A DNA stretch of 63,993 nucleotides, the filler included, from Microthyrium microscopicum (Eukaryota), in the NCBI GenBank assembly GCA_010405405.1. It is 4 parts of 4 records of this genome, joined end to end, with 100 filler letters (N's around TTAATTAATTAA, not from the genome) between each part and the next. Parts side by side here need not be neighbours in the genome. Positions count along the whole stretch, not along the records: positions 1 to 29,397 come from MU004237.1; 3 more parts are not named here. The stretch is one strand, 5' to 3'. The notes below the pieces were generated by a model. It was not told the DNA's origin. It saw nothing but the letters and a program-made list of their open reading frames with translations, and did no database searches. Each line of letters opens with the position of its first letter. Position 1 is the stretch's first letter. Positions 1 to 14,000 of this stretch are shown piece after piece. The position numbers and the translations under genes were made by a program.

Positions 1-647
1 ATACTTTTAAAAACTAATAATAAAACTAGATTCCTTATAGTCTAAGGATTCTAAAACTATATAGACTATACTAAAAAGAGTTATATTTAGTAAAGTTACT
101 TATATATTTTATTCTTAATCTAATTAAACAATTTTCTTATATAACTTTAAGTTCTTAATAATATGTTTTTAGGTTTAAAACTAGTAATTACTATTTTTAG
201 CTCTAATTTATTTTTTTCTATACTTCTAATAATTTTAGTAGTCTAATACTAGAATATTATTAAATTATATCTATAATTAGACTATATAACTTACTTTTAA
301 GTACTAAAATAAATAGTTAAATTCTTAAATATTAAATATCTCTAGAACTATAGCCCGTATAATAAAACTAAGATTAGCATTAGAATCCTTATAATTAGAC
401 GAATCTAATAATATAATTTTTAGCGTATATTAATAACTAGTATTAAATACTAGTTCTTACTAGTTTTTACTAGCTAGTATACTAGCTAGTATACTAGCTT
501 AGTATCTAGTATTACTAAAAACTAGTTAATTATATAACTAGTTCTAGACTATACTAGTACTATTAAGTTCTAGTACGCATTATAAAACACCAATTAAGTT
601 CTAGTTTTAGCTAAAACTAGACTAGACTTACTAGGTTCGCAACCCTG
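1..647. mobile_element. Terminal part of a probable hAT DNA transposon, ending ...GGTTCGCAACCCTG (reverse complement CAGGGTTGCGAACC)
   Basis: CAGGGTTG-type terminus is typical of hAT TIRs. Many short ACTAGT/ACTAG subterminal repeats lie at 436-633. RIP weakens locally at 575-650, as expected at a repeat boundary. The partner TIR and TSD are outside the window. Confidence 0.5.
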
Positions 648-699
648 ACGTTAAATAACTTCTACTTCTTTAGGTTAGCTAATATAACTAGTAAGACAC

Positions 700-3600
700 G
701 CGTTAGTACTACTATAAAATCTAATACAGCATATAACTTAATAGCTATATTTCTATCTATATTAAATATAACGTATAGAATTATATACTTAACTATAACT
801 ATATAGAGTAAGTATAATATTAAGATTAGTAAATATCTATATTTCTAGAAGAAGGCATTATTACTAAATTTACTAAGTAGAGTCCTAACTATATACTTTT
901 AGTAAGAGTAACATATTTTAATAGTATTAGTAAATTAATCTAGTAGTAAGCACATAAGATAGCATTTAGCGCGTTAGCCTATATAGAAAAACTAGGCAAA
1001 CGTTTAGTTTTCTATTATAAGGTTATTAGCTAGCTCTATAATTAACGTATCCTAGAGTCTTTTCTATAAACTATTCATAGCTATACTACTAATAGGTATA
1101 CTAAGTAAGACTAAGTAGATTAAATAGTTGTAAATTACCTACTATATAACTTTATTGCATTCTAATTAACTATAGTAGGAATAAATAATAAGGATATTCT
1201 ACCTATAAAGTTAAGTATATAATTTAGTAAAACTAATAGTAGTTAGTAACTTATATTATTAAATTAGCTATAGACTAAGGAGTCTATAAAATATATAACT
1301 TAGAATTGTTTATATTCTAGTATAAATAGATTAATATAATTTTATTTATTATTTAAAGGAAAGCTTTACTTATAGTTAAGTTTTACTATTTTACATCTAA
1401 ATAGTTAGTAGAGACTATACTTTTTACTCTTCTTTAGTAGTACTCTTAACCTTATTAGTATCTAACTACTAGCTCTAACCTTTAATTATAGCTTTATAAA
1501 CTATTACTATAGTAGCTTATATCTTGTCTAAATAATTAGTAATATACTCTACTACCTACGCTAGCTTAGTTAGTAAAAGTATATACTTATCTATACTAGT
1601 TAACAAAAGGAAGACGCTACTACCCTTATATAGATTATACTAGGCTAGATCCTAAATTACCTCTTACATTAGACTATATAGAGTAGTACTATTAGCGCCT
1701 ATAATATATTACTTACTAATAGGGCCTTAACGCCTAAACCTTATAATATAACTATAATAAAGAATTTTAACTATTTCTATATAATTCGTTAATAGTTGCT
1801 CTTTATTAGCAGTAGGTAACTAAAAATTCTTAAATTAATTACTTATAGTAGTAGTATCCTATAGGTAAAAAAGTATAGAGTTAATATACGTAATATTAAA
1901 TTAATTATCCTCTTTTTCTTCATTAAAACTTAAACTAATAATATAAGTATAGGTATTATCCTAGTACTTATTATAAGTATTATAATCTTACTAATTATAA
2001 AAGTTAATTATAAACTACTTATAAGTTAGCTAATACTTCTATCGTAATTAGTATTATAAAGTAAGATAAAAAGCCCTATAGAAACTATAATCCTAAAATA
2101 TTATATAAATATCTTATAAATAAAGAGCTACGTAGAAACTATAACCCTAAAATTTATATATTTTTCTAAGGCTATAGTTTTTACTACGCTCTAGGTAAAT
2201 AATAGGTAAGTTAATTAGTATATAACATAGGATAAACTTATAGTTATAAAAACTAAGTTAGGCTTATTACTTTCTAAGTAGTAAGGTCTAACTCTATTAT
2301 TTATAACTATAGTTATTAACTACTAAGTTTATATCTATTATAAGATAAGTTTAACGACTAATAACCTAATCTTATTATAAGAACTATCTTCTAATACTTT
2401 AAATATCTATTTAAAAAGCATTAGATTTATAATCTATAGATACTAGGTATTAGCTAGAGACTTACCTACTTTAATATTATTTATAAATATTTAATACAAT
2501 ATAATAAACTCTACGTTTATTAGATTAAGTATATACTCTATAAAGGTTTATAGAAAGGTAAGAGACATTTTATTACTATCTAGATCTTTAGAGTATTCTA
2601 AGTTAAAATTATAATTATATATAGTAAATAATTCCTCTAAGCTAAGTAGAATTTCTATATTACTTATCTAGTTATTTATAAACTACTATATTACATTCTA
2701 TCCTATTTTAAGATACATATTAAGTAACTAGATTTTATTAGGCACTAGGGTACTAGAAAGGCTAATAATATACTTTAGATAGCTAGGCAATATTAGGAAA
2801 TTACTTATACTATAAAAACTTAAGGATTTTTTATTTTTAATATAGTATATTTCATTAATAATAATTCGTTATAGTTTTAGGTTACTAGTTTACTAAAAAA
2901 CTAGTTATTAGGTTTTATCTTCTACTTTTTTCTTCTAGTCCTTATAGTTATTTTCTAGTTTAGAGTTATAGAACAACGCTTTACTATCTTCTTCTACCTA
3001 CGCTATCTTTGCCTCCTACTTAGTAGTTATAATAGCGTCTATATCTTTAATAACTAAGCTAGCCTTAACATTATTATTAGTAGCGGCATTAGTTTATCTA
3101 GCTAAATTGCTCTTAATATTATTAATATCTAGCTTTACTTTACTATATTAGCGTCGTTTAGGGCCTACTTTTAGTATAGTATTACTAGGCTTTAAAGTAG
3201 TAAAGGCGCAAGCTATTAAGGTAGTTTATAGAACTAGAATAATTAAATACTCTATCTTTTCTTTAATATAATTAATATTAGCGTTATACTATTTATTAAA
3301 CTATTTTATACTAGGTAGAATTAACTTAAACTAAGTAGAACCTTTATGCTACCTAGCTTACTTATACTATTAGGTAAAGCATAAGAGAGGAAAGCCCTAT
3401 TTATTAATCTTAATGTATTAAACTTCTCTAGTAGGCAAAAGATCTAGCAAACAAACTAGAGGTTATATATTACCTATATTACTTTCCTATAATATATTTA
3501 TACTAGCTAGATAAACTATAATAGTTAGAGCATAGAGTTTAGTACCTTCTAGAGTAGGATTATTTATAATTATGTTACGTATTTTTTAGACATATATATT

Positions 3601-6430
3601 AGTATATGCCTTTACTACTATAAGGATAATTAAGGTTTTGCTTAAACCTATCTTACCTACTATTAAAGCTATATAAGTAGAGTAATTAACTAGTTTATAG
3701 ATAATAGCTACGTCTAAAATATAAAGTTAGTAATAAGTTATAAGTAGAGTAAAGGAAGAATTCAATTTACATTACTAGAACTAGATATAATATATAACCT
3801 AGGAATATATATACTAGACATATTCTAATATTCCTAAGTAGTAAATTTATTAATAAAGTATTACTAAGGTAAGGATAGAGTTAAAAACTTACTAATTATT
3901 TAAGAGACTAAGGGTATAACTATAAGGTTACTACTATAATTAAATAGATTTATATAGCTAAGCTTGTCTAATTTATAGTTTCCTAAAGGATATATACCCT
4001 CTTCTATAATATAATAATAGGTATTTAAAATATTATTAAGTATATCTTATCCTAGTACTTTTAAAGCTACTTTAAAACTTATAGCATAATCTAATATCTC
4101 TTATACTATAATATTCTATACTACTAATTTTAATTAACTAATAGTCTAATTAAGTACAATTTTTTCTTTATTACTTATCTTAGTACCTATAGCTTAATTA
4201 ATTATAAGTTCACTAAACTTACACACTATAGCAGTATACTAATTAGTTACTACTTTATCTAGATATAAAAGTTAAGAGTAGTAATTAGTAGTAGCACTAG
4301 AAAGACTTAAGCTATACTAAATACGTTTAACGTTAGCCTAATACTTAACTTCCTATATATTTATAACTAAAGGACTAACCTATTTAACTTATAGAGCTAA
4401 TAATTACTTAATTATAGCTACGTAGGCTATAAGTTAGAGACAATAAGTAGGCTATTTTTTTATAGTACCCTTTATATTTTTTATAGTATATACTATCTTA
4501 GAAATTTTCTCTATTAACTAGTTCTTTAAATTTAGACCTATATTAGGTATATTACTATCTAGTAAAATATCTATACTACCTACTCTAAGAATAACGCTAT
4601 TACTACACAAAGTTTCTAATACTACTTTGCGTTTAATATTATCTATAACTATATAAGTTATATTATTATTATCTAAATTATCTTTATTATTTATACTAAA
4701 TAGATTCTTTTACTACTATATAGCAAAATCGCGTTTAATATTACTATAGGACGTAGTAAGAAGGTCCTATACGGTTTAGTAATCCTTAAAAGGATCTAAT
4801 TTACTATACTTAGCAATTTTCTATTTCTAATTTAGGAATAAGTATAGATTTTTCTTAATAGTATTAATAATATAATTAAGAGTAAATAATGCTTAGTTCT
4901 AATCCTTAATAGATATACTATATATATAATTCGTACTATATAGATATATTATATTTATATCTCTAAGTTAATAAACCTTATTAAATATTTTAAATTTAGC
5001 TTAAATAAGGTAGTAAAGAATATAAATAACTAACTTAATTAAGTCTATAAATTTCAACCTATTACTATTTTTAAACTTAATAGGATAGTCTTACTTATAA
5101 TTAGCTAGCTAGTTTAGGTACTAGATAAGAAATTAACAATATAAAGTATTAAGTACTAACTATTAAATAGCATTATTTTCTAGAAAGTTATAAAGAATCT
5201 AGAGTATAGAGATAATTTAGAATTTTATAGATATAGCGTAAGCTTACTTAGTTACGCTTTTTACGTCTATATTCTATAATATCTATACGAACTAGGAATA
5301 TATACTAGCGTTAGCCTATACTAGATTACTATTAGTAAATAGGTCTAAGTTAATATAAGTTAGATAATATATACCTTATATTATTACAAACTCCTCTAAA
5401 TCTTTAGTATATAGTAGGTTTAAACTAAGATATAAAGCTAGCTCTTAATTACTTAAGGTACTACTATATACCTACTAGTATAAACTATCTAATCCTTTAA
5501 ATACTTTAAACGTTATATATTTTTTTACTACTACTAACTCCTTCTATTTATTAGACTATACGTATATTCTTAATTAATCTTTAAACTTAACTATTTTTAG
5601 CTATAGCTTTTATAATTTAGTATAAGTAATTAACGTATAGTAATATTCAATATAGCTAAACTAATAGAAGAGATAATGCTAGAAATAGAGTCGTAGTATA
5701 CTTATAGTAACTTTTACGTAACTAATATACCCTTTTAGCTAATCTTCTATAGAAAGTTAGCTAAGTTTATAGAGTACTACGACGCTAGCTAAGTTATATA
5801 TTAAAGATATACCTATTATATTAATATCTTTATCCTTATCTACGTTAGTATAATTAGTTTACTAAGTAGCTTACTTATACTTATAAGAGGGTTTGCCTAG
5901 TTAATAATTATTATCGTTTTTATATTCGTCCTTATTAGAACTTTAATATAATTAACGTTTACGTTTAGTTATTTAGTATAGGTTTCTCTTAGTTGCTTAA
6001 ATTTTAAGCTTATTATTACTTTTAGTAATTTTAAGGTCTAGGTACTTAATCTTAATTATATTAAGATATTTATTTACTATACCTAGCTTACCTTCTTAAG
6101 ATCGCTTTTAATTTACATTTTCCCATTCTAGTATTATACTAAGGTCCTTTACCTTTTTTATTAAGAATTTTATTTTTTTATACGCTTTCTCTATAGCCTT
6201 ATCTAGTTTTAATATAACGTTAGGAGTAGTATTTAGTAAAGATTTATAAGGCCCTTTATCTATAGGTTACATTCTACTACCTACTAGAGCTTTATAAGCT
6301 ACTTTTACTATAGGTTATATACTACTAGCTAGTAGAGTTTTATAAGCTATTTAACGTACAGGTTGCTAACTTAGGCTTAAATAAGACGTTACTAATTCGT
6401 TATTATCTTTAGAGTTATTTATATTTACTA
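700..6430 (-). pseudogene. SNF2/SWI2-family helicase relic, RIP-inactivated; C-terminus probably cut by the hAT end; gene boundaries approximate
   Basis: Minus-strand motifs in the correct order: 3669-3631 ALIVGKIGLSKTL (motif I, de-RIP A-G-E-M-G-L-G-K-T); 3531-3502 ALTIIVYLAS (Ia, PTIVVCPAS), in frame with motif I; 2868-2833 RIIINEIYYIKN (II, RIIIDEAHYIKN); 2763-2738 LSSTLVPN (III, LSGTPVPN). An intron-like CTAAC...TTTTAG lies just upstream of motif I. Confidence 0.85.
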
Positions 6431-6485
6431 CTATATATATAATAGAGGATATATATTTTATAAGAAATTATAATTTAGTAAAGAG

Positions 6486-6790
6486 ATAGCTAAGATTTAT
6501 AACCTAGGAAACTAAGCTATAAGAAGGGAAAATATAAAATTAAAAAAGGAATAGCTAAGATTTACAACCTAGGAAACTAAGCTATAAGAAGGAAAAATAT
6601 AAAATTAAATAAGGAATACCTAAGATTTATAACCTAGGAAATTAGGCTATAAGAGGAAAAAATACAAAATTAAATAAGGAATAGCTAAGAACTATAACCT
6701 AGGAAATTAAGCTAAGTAAAAGAAAAGGAAAACCTAAGTAAGAGAAACCTAAAAACTATAACCTAGGAAATTAGGATATAAAATTAAAAA
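6486..6790. repeat. 65-bp tandem repeat (4 units plus partial), each unit carrying the (T/A)ACAACCTAGGAA motif
   Basis: Units start at 6486, 6551, 6616 and 6681 (ATAGCTAAGATTTATAACCTAGGAAACTAAGCTATAAG...). A less-mutated instance, TTTACAACCTAGGA, is at 6561. Confidence 0.95.
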
Positions 6791-7929
6791 AAGTAGGCTA
6801 AGTAATAGAATACCTAAAATATATAGCCTAAGGATTTTAGCTAGGACTATAAAAAGTAGATAATATAGAGTAAACATAGTTTTATTAATTAGTATTAAGT
6901 TTAGAATAAATAATAAGATAGTAGAAAAGAGTTAAAAGAAAGTATAGAGTAATAACTTTAATAAAAAGGTTTTAAATATATACAATAAGCTAGCTACAGA
7001 CTACAACCTAGGAATTTTAAAGCCTATCTACTTAAACTAAACTTTAGAATTTATAAAGAATTATAAAGAAGAAATAAAGGAACTATAAACTTAAAATGCT
7101 TTATACTTTTTTAGTAAACCTATAGACAAATATTTCGCTAGATATTAATATACGCCTTCTAATATTTAAAAACTTAGCAAATAATCCCTAAAAAGGAAAA
7201 GCATAATATATTAAGTAGGTAGTAGCGTTTTAATATAGATATAGAGTAAGATAGAGTATAATAGTAGTTACCCTTACCTATACTAAAATATAGAAGTATA
7301 AGAACATAGGATAATAGGAGCTAAGCATTAGCGTACTAAATCTATAGTATTAAGAATAACTATATATAATTATAGCATAAGACTTATATTCTAAGGTTAT
7401 AAACTCTAAATAGTATATATCTATTAGCAATTTAGATCTACTCTATATCTTATTTCGTTTAAGTATCTATAATTCTAGGGTTATATTCTATAGTAAGTTA
7501 TATTATCCTTCTAAATAGTAATATTCTCTCTAGCGAATTTAAAACTTATTACTAATTCTTAAGAAGATATTTAATATATTAGATTTACATTATTCTAATA
7601 TAATAGTATTATTAAGATAAATAATAAATTAATTACTATTAAATAACACATAGGTATAGTATAAATTTTTATATTTAATTAATAGGGCTAGGTAGTTTAC
7701 TACTATATATTATCTACCTTATAACCCTTTCTATATACTAACTAACTTTTATTATTTATTTTTTTCGTTTCTTCTTTTATTCATTTATTATTACTAATAT
7801 AGTTATTATAATTATTAATATTATTATTATTTAGTTTTTTATACTTATTATAATAAAGATAAGATATTATATAGTTAGGTTAAAATTATAGTTACTATAA
7901 ATTATATAACGCAAGTATATCTTAGTTAT

Positions 7930-9063
7930 TATAGAAGAAGAGATTTAGATAATTTCCCTATTCTCTATAGCTACTACTTCTTCTTCTTCTTATTTTTTAG
8001 CTATAGCTTCCTCCTTAAGCTATAAATAATAAGCTTCTTTGCGTCTAATAAGGATAATAGCCACTCTATATATATTATTACTAGGCTATAGTAGTATAGT
8101 AGGGTAATAGATTATAGCATTTTAGTTAAGGCTAACTATATTAACTTTATTAAGTCTAGTAAATTTAATCTTTAATTCCCTAGTTACTATAAGCTTTATA
8201 AGGAGATTAGGGTTCTATTTAAACTTCTACTTAGTTCTAAAATATAACGCTTTTTAATAAAAGCAATCTTTCTATCTTTTCTATAAGGTTTAATTATTAC
8301 TATATTTTATACCTTAAGCTATCTTAAGAAATATATTATTTACTACCTTTTTAACTAATACTTTATACTTAGAGTAAATAGCCTAAGCAATCTTAATATA
8401 ATACAATATACTATAAATACAAATTAGCTAATACTATTAGTTATAAGATTATGCTCTTTTAATTATACTATCTATTCTAAGGAGGTATTATATAGAATTT
8501 TATACGTTAGTATAGATATTAAAATAATCTAGTTAAAAGACTATTAAAGAGTTAGATAATAAATATAAGAATCTAAACTCTTAGTCTAATTATATAGTTA
8601 GAAAGATAGTATCCTAATATACTAAAGAGATAGGAATATAGTTAATTTAATTATAAGGTATTAAAAGCAATAGCTATAATCTACGCATAGCTAAAGAAAT
8701 AATACTACTAATATTATTAACGATTATTACTTATATAAAACTAGTAGGAATTATTAGTAGCAAAAGAATAGATACTAAACTACGCTTATTCTACAATATA
8801 GTTAATATTTTAGCAATTCGTCTTATCTAAACTTTTTAGCTATTATCCTTTATAACCTTAGCTTTAGTAGGTTTAGCTTTAGTCGCCTTAGTCTACTCTT
8901 TAGTTAGTTTAACGTTAATAATTAATCTAGTAATATTAGACTTAACCTTCTTATCTAAAGCTTTAGTCTTTTTACTAGTTATATTTACCTTCTTTATAGT
9001 AGTTGCTAGCTAACCTTATATACTTTTAGCTATACCTATAGAAGAGTAGTTATTACTAAGCAT
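7930..9063 (-). pseudogene. Unknown gene relic with K/A/T-rich N-terminus
   Basis: The ATG is retained in both copies (CAT at 9061-9063; ATG CCT AGT near 51274). It is followed by a protein-like frame (KKTKALDKKVK...TKATKAKPTKAK) and lies directly downstream of the 57-bp motif array. The 3' end is approximate. Confidence 0.5.
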
Positions 9064-9169
9064 TTTGCTAGGTATAATAGAGAATTACCTACTTATCTAA
9101 ATAAAATATAACTAAAGAAATAATAACTAAAAAGAGGCAAGAATAAAAAGGAATAGTAGCTAAGAGCCT

Positions 9170-9480
9170 ACTATAAACTATAACCTAGGAAGTAGATAGA
9201 AAAAGCTAATAAAATACTAATAGGCTACTAAAAACTATAACTTAAGAAATAGATAGAAAAAGCTAGTAAAATACTAATAAGCTACTAAAAACTATAATCT
9301 AAGAAGTAGAGAGAAAAAGCTAGTATAATATTAATAGCCTACTAAAGACTATAACCTAAAAAGTATAGAGAAGAAGCTACTAGAATAGTAATAGCCTACT
9401 AAAGACTATACCCTAAGAAGTATAGAAAAGAAGCTACTAAAATAGTTAAGAGGCTACTAAAATATATAACCTAGGAAATA
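9170..9480. repeat. 57-bp tandem repeat (6 motif copies) carrying ACTATAACCTAGGAA
   Basis: The motif recurs at 9177, 9234, 9291, 9348, 9405 and ~9463. Confidence 0.95.
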
Positions 9481-10019
9481 AGTAGAAATTATTATACATT
9501 TTATTAGTAACTTAAGAATAAGTAGTAAAGTAGGCAAAAGAGTTATAAGAGGCTAATAGAAACTACAACCTAAGAAATTAATATAGGCTAAAATATAGGA
9601 ATAGATAATAGAGTAGTTTAAAAAAGATTTAGAGAAAATTAAGACTAAATAGTTAGAGGTTTTTAGCTTAACCCTAGCCCTATTAATATTTCTAAGGTTT
9701 TGTAACCTATAATTGCCTAATATAATGCCTAGTATATACCACTTTAGGTAAGTATAATAGGAATTACACAGGTTAGATATTTTATAACACTAAGCCTTAT
9801 AGCAGACTACTATTTTAGGAAGTAATAAGTAAATTAAATTTATATAGCTACTTCTTATTATAGTAATAATAGGTAATAAAGAGGGCTTTACTAGCCTAAA
9901 TAAGTAAACATTTCTAATAATATACTCTATATTAAAAGCACTATCTAAAAGCTATAACCTAGAAATATTAGAAAGTAAGTTTTAGCTTTAAACTATTAGA
10001 TAAAGGTTATAACTATATA

Positions 10020-10440
10020 AATATTTAGTTATTTTAGGGTTATAGTCTTTATATAGCCCTTTATTAGGTATATATTCCTCTCTACTATTCTTTTCCTAGA
10101 GCTATTTTTCCTATATACAAATTTAGTTATTTTAGAGTTATAATCTTTATATAGCCCTTTATTTAGATATATATTCCTCCTTATTAGTCCCTTACTAGAC
10201 TTTTTTAGCTATTATAATAGTTATATATTTTAGGATTATAGGTTTTGTATAGTTCTTTATTATATATATAATCCTACCTATTATATATATTTTTAGCTAT
10301 TATATTTATAATAAATTTTAGGGTTATAGTTTTAATATAGCTCTTTATTATATATATATTCCTCTCTACTATAGTTGTACTAGATATATTTAGGTACTAT
10401 AACGGTAGTGTATTTTATAGTTATAGTTTTTAACTAGCTC
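10020..10440. repeat. ~100-bp degenerate tandem repeat with the same motif in the opposite orientation (TTTTAGGGTTATAG)
   Basis: TTTTAG(G/A)GTTATA...TATAGCYCTTTATTA...TATATATTCCTC repeats near 10030, 10130, 10228, 10316 and 10414. Confidence 0.85.
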
Positions 10441-11099
10441 TTTATAGTATAATTTAATATTATGCTTATAGTCTATAAATATANNNNNNNNNNNNNNNNN
10501 NNNNNNNNNNNNNNNNNNCCTACTTAGATATTATAGTTAGTATATATCTTATTACTACTTTATAAAATATTATCCTATATATTTATATTATCTATTCTAT
10601 TTTCTATTATAAACTATTACATTATAGCTATATATTATTATATATACTTTAGTTAGATAAGTTCTATAATCTTAACTAATAATTGCTAGAAAGTCTACGT
10701 AGGTTGTAGTATAATCCTACTATTTTCTATCTTACTTTAGACTATCTTATTTTACCTTCTATTTCTATTAGGTATTTATAGAGGCTATTAATACTATAAC
10801 TAATTATTTATCTTCTCTTACTATTAAAGTAGCAAATAGTATAATGCTAGTTGTATAGTATATAGTATAATTCTAGTTCATTATAGTATTATAGCTATAG
10901 ATATCCTATTATATATATAGGTATATTAGTTTTATCTCTAATTAATTTATCTATATCTAACTCTTTTTTAATAGAGTTATCTATTTATTTTTAGGTTATT
11001 ATAGAATCTATATATAAGAAAGGTAGCTTATAATCTTAGTTTGTATAATATTTTTAAATTAATTATAGTTTTTATAGTATATATTATTCGTTATTATTA

Positions 11100-14000
11100 T
11101 TAGAGTCGTCTACTTTACTAGTATTATCATTATTAATTAAGATTATTTCGTAGTCTTTTATAATATTAGTTTAGAAGTTATTAGGAAGATTAGGTTCGTT
11201 AATGTTTAGATTATCTAGTTATATTTAGGTATATTTAATCTAATTATATTTAGATTTATATATCTACTACAAAATTATTAGAGACTTTATATTCTTCTAT
11301 ACTATCTAGTCTACTCTCTTCTTTATTACTTAGCTTAATACTACTTTTACTATCTTCTAGTTTAGTTTTATTACCTACATTATTAACATCTAATATATCT
11401 TTATATTTACTACTCTTAAGTAATTTACTAATATTTTAAAACTCTTAGGACCTATCTATAAGAAGAAATACCTAGGAGTATATCCTTTAAGTGTAATATT
11501 ATTATAGTATTATTATAGTTAAACTTTGCTTCCTTAAGTTATATAACAACCTAGTTCTACTAGTTAGTTAGACTTACTAGGTATTTATTAGTTATTAGTT
11601 ATCTCTTATAAAGGAGTAAGCATAATTAGTCTTCTATTGCTTTATACTACATATTTCTATGTTATTATTTATCTTACCATTAACTATCTCTAATATAGCC
11701 CGTTTAGTAGTAAATCTTTTAGGTTCCTTTCGCATTAGTACTAGTTACAATATATTAGCTAATATTTCTACTACTACGTAAGAGCTACTAGATATTATAT
11801 TTCGCTATTATTCTATTATCTAATAAGTAGGTTATTAATTTTTACCTACGTATACCTTTATCTAACTAGATTTACCTATTCTTATAGCTAATAATAGTAA
11901 AATAGCCTAATCTTATCTATTAATACTTATAGTTATTCTATTACCCTAGTAATATATATTATTAAGATATTAACTAGAAATGCTATTTTTTAAGGTTATA
12001 AATTTAAATAGCTTCTATATAACATTATAACTACTAGTATTATAATTCTTATTAGGTAAATTTCCTTATCTTAAATAATTATTTTGTCTAAGTATATAAC
12101 CTTTATCTATTAAAAGTACTACCTAAGCTATCCTTACTAAGCCTATATAGTCTCTACTTATTATTAAAAACATTTATACTTAAGGTTATATTTAATTATC
12201 TAGTATATAATTTAACTTAAAGGTAAGAATAAGAAGTATTAGGTCTATAGCAATATAAGAAAGTAAAGAGTTTTGCCTAAAACTTTAGAGGAATAAGGAA
12301 TTAAAAATACTTATATTAAGTATATTAGTAATAGGAATAGAAGATAGTTTTAAGGAGTTTAGCTCTATATATTCTATTAACTTTAAACTCTTAATATAGT
12401 AGTAGTAAATATATACAAGTTATTATTTTAGGTTATATATTTACTTTATAGTGAATTAGAGTTCTATATTAAAAGTTTAGAATAAATTTTATACTTAATA
12501 TAAAGAACATTTAATTTTAGTATTCTATACTATTTACGTATATATTATATATAAACTTACCTTTCTTTTGCGTGCGTTATTTTTAGCACCTTAGTTGTTT
12601 TAATACATCTTTATTAAATATTTAAATATTATTAATCTTATAAGTAGATTAGCTACGATAAACTATCTATAAATCTAATAGAAGTATACTAGATTTAGTA
12701 AACCTTTCTTTACTAGCAAACCCTTTATTACTAGTTAGATATAAATTATCTTCTATTAATATAACATTTTCTACTTCTTTTATTATAACCGCTAATCTAG
12801 ATACTTATTAGACTAAGTCCTATTATATATACTATAAATTACTAGCTATTAGATATTTATAATTTTAGTTATCTAATCCTAGCTAGCGACCTACCTTATT
12901 ATATTAAGTCTAATTTAAATAAGTAGACTTAGAATCTTATTAATTAGCGTTATTAAAATTTATTAACGTATTATCTACATCTCTAGGAAACGTTAACTTA
13001 AGTTTATCGTTATCTAATTCTCTATAGCTTCTGCTAATAAATAATACTATTCTTAATAGGTTATTATTATTACTTATTTTAACGAACTATATAGCTTATC
13101 TAGATTAGATATTACTTATAGCACATAGGCGTATAATTAGTTTAGCTATAGGAAGATCTTACTAGTAGTCTAAGCTAAGAATAAAATTATTAATAGCTTT
13201 ATAGTACTAAAGATACTTACTATATAGTACTAATCTCCTATATATACTATATAAGTATTATATACTATAATAATAATAAAGATACTAATCCTTCTAACTA
13301 AAACTAACTACTTCTAGTTAAGATAAAAGTCCTAAATTAGTAACTAAAAGTATGCTAGCTTTATTAGCCTTAGTAATTATAGTATTAGTTGCTACTTAAT
13401 TTAATCTGCTAGCTATAATAGTATAGAAGTTATTATATATCTCTTTTAGTAAAGTAAAAGTATTAGTATTAAGAATGTTAATATATATAGCAAAAAATAG
13501 CCCTAATTAAAAAGAATAAGGAATACGTTATCTAGTTTTCTTAGCCTCTTTACTAGGCTTTATAGTTTTAAGAAACTTACTACTATTATAAATAAGTATA
13601 ATGTTTAGTATAATAGATACCTTTTAGAGTATAGTATCTCTTAACTATATACTAAGTTTGTTTTACTCATTAAGGCTAGTTAGTTCCTAGTTATTTAATA
13701 TACTATATAGTGCCTTAATAAATTTATAGTAACTAAAATCCTTCTAATTAGGCATTCTATTAACTTCCTTAAGTATAGTAGGAAAATATTAACTAGGATA
13801 AACTTTAAATAGAAGGCCTAGATAATCTCTCTATATTTAAAGATCTAAGAAGAGCTAATTAATAAAGCTAAGCTACTTATATTAACCTTTAGATCCTAGA
13901 ATATTAATTAAATATGCCTTATTAGCTATATTAAAATTAATGTACTAAGAAGACTAGTATATATAATTAATTAAGGAAGTATTAAGTCTATAGTACTTAT

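Noticed and set aside
6486..9480. CRISPR-like appearance of regularly spaced short repeats
   Set aside because: The 'spacers' are themselves homologous, so these are tandem repeats. The context is fungal and no cas genes are present.
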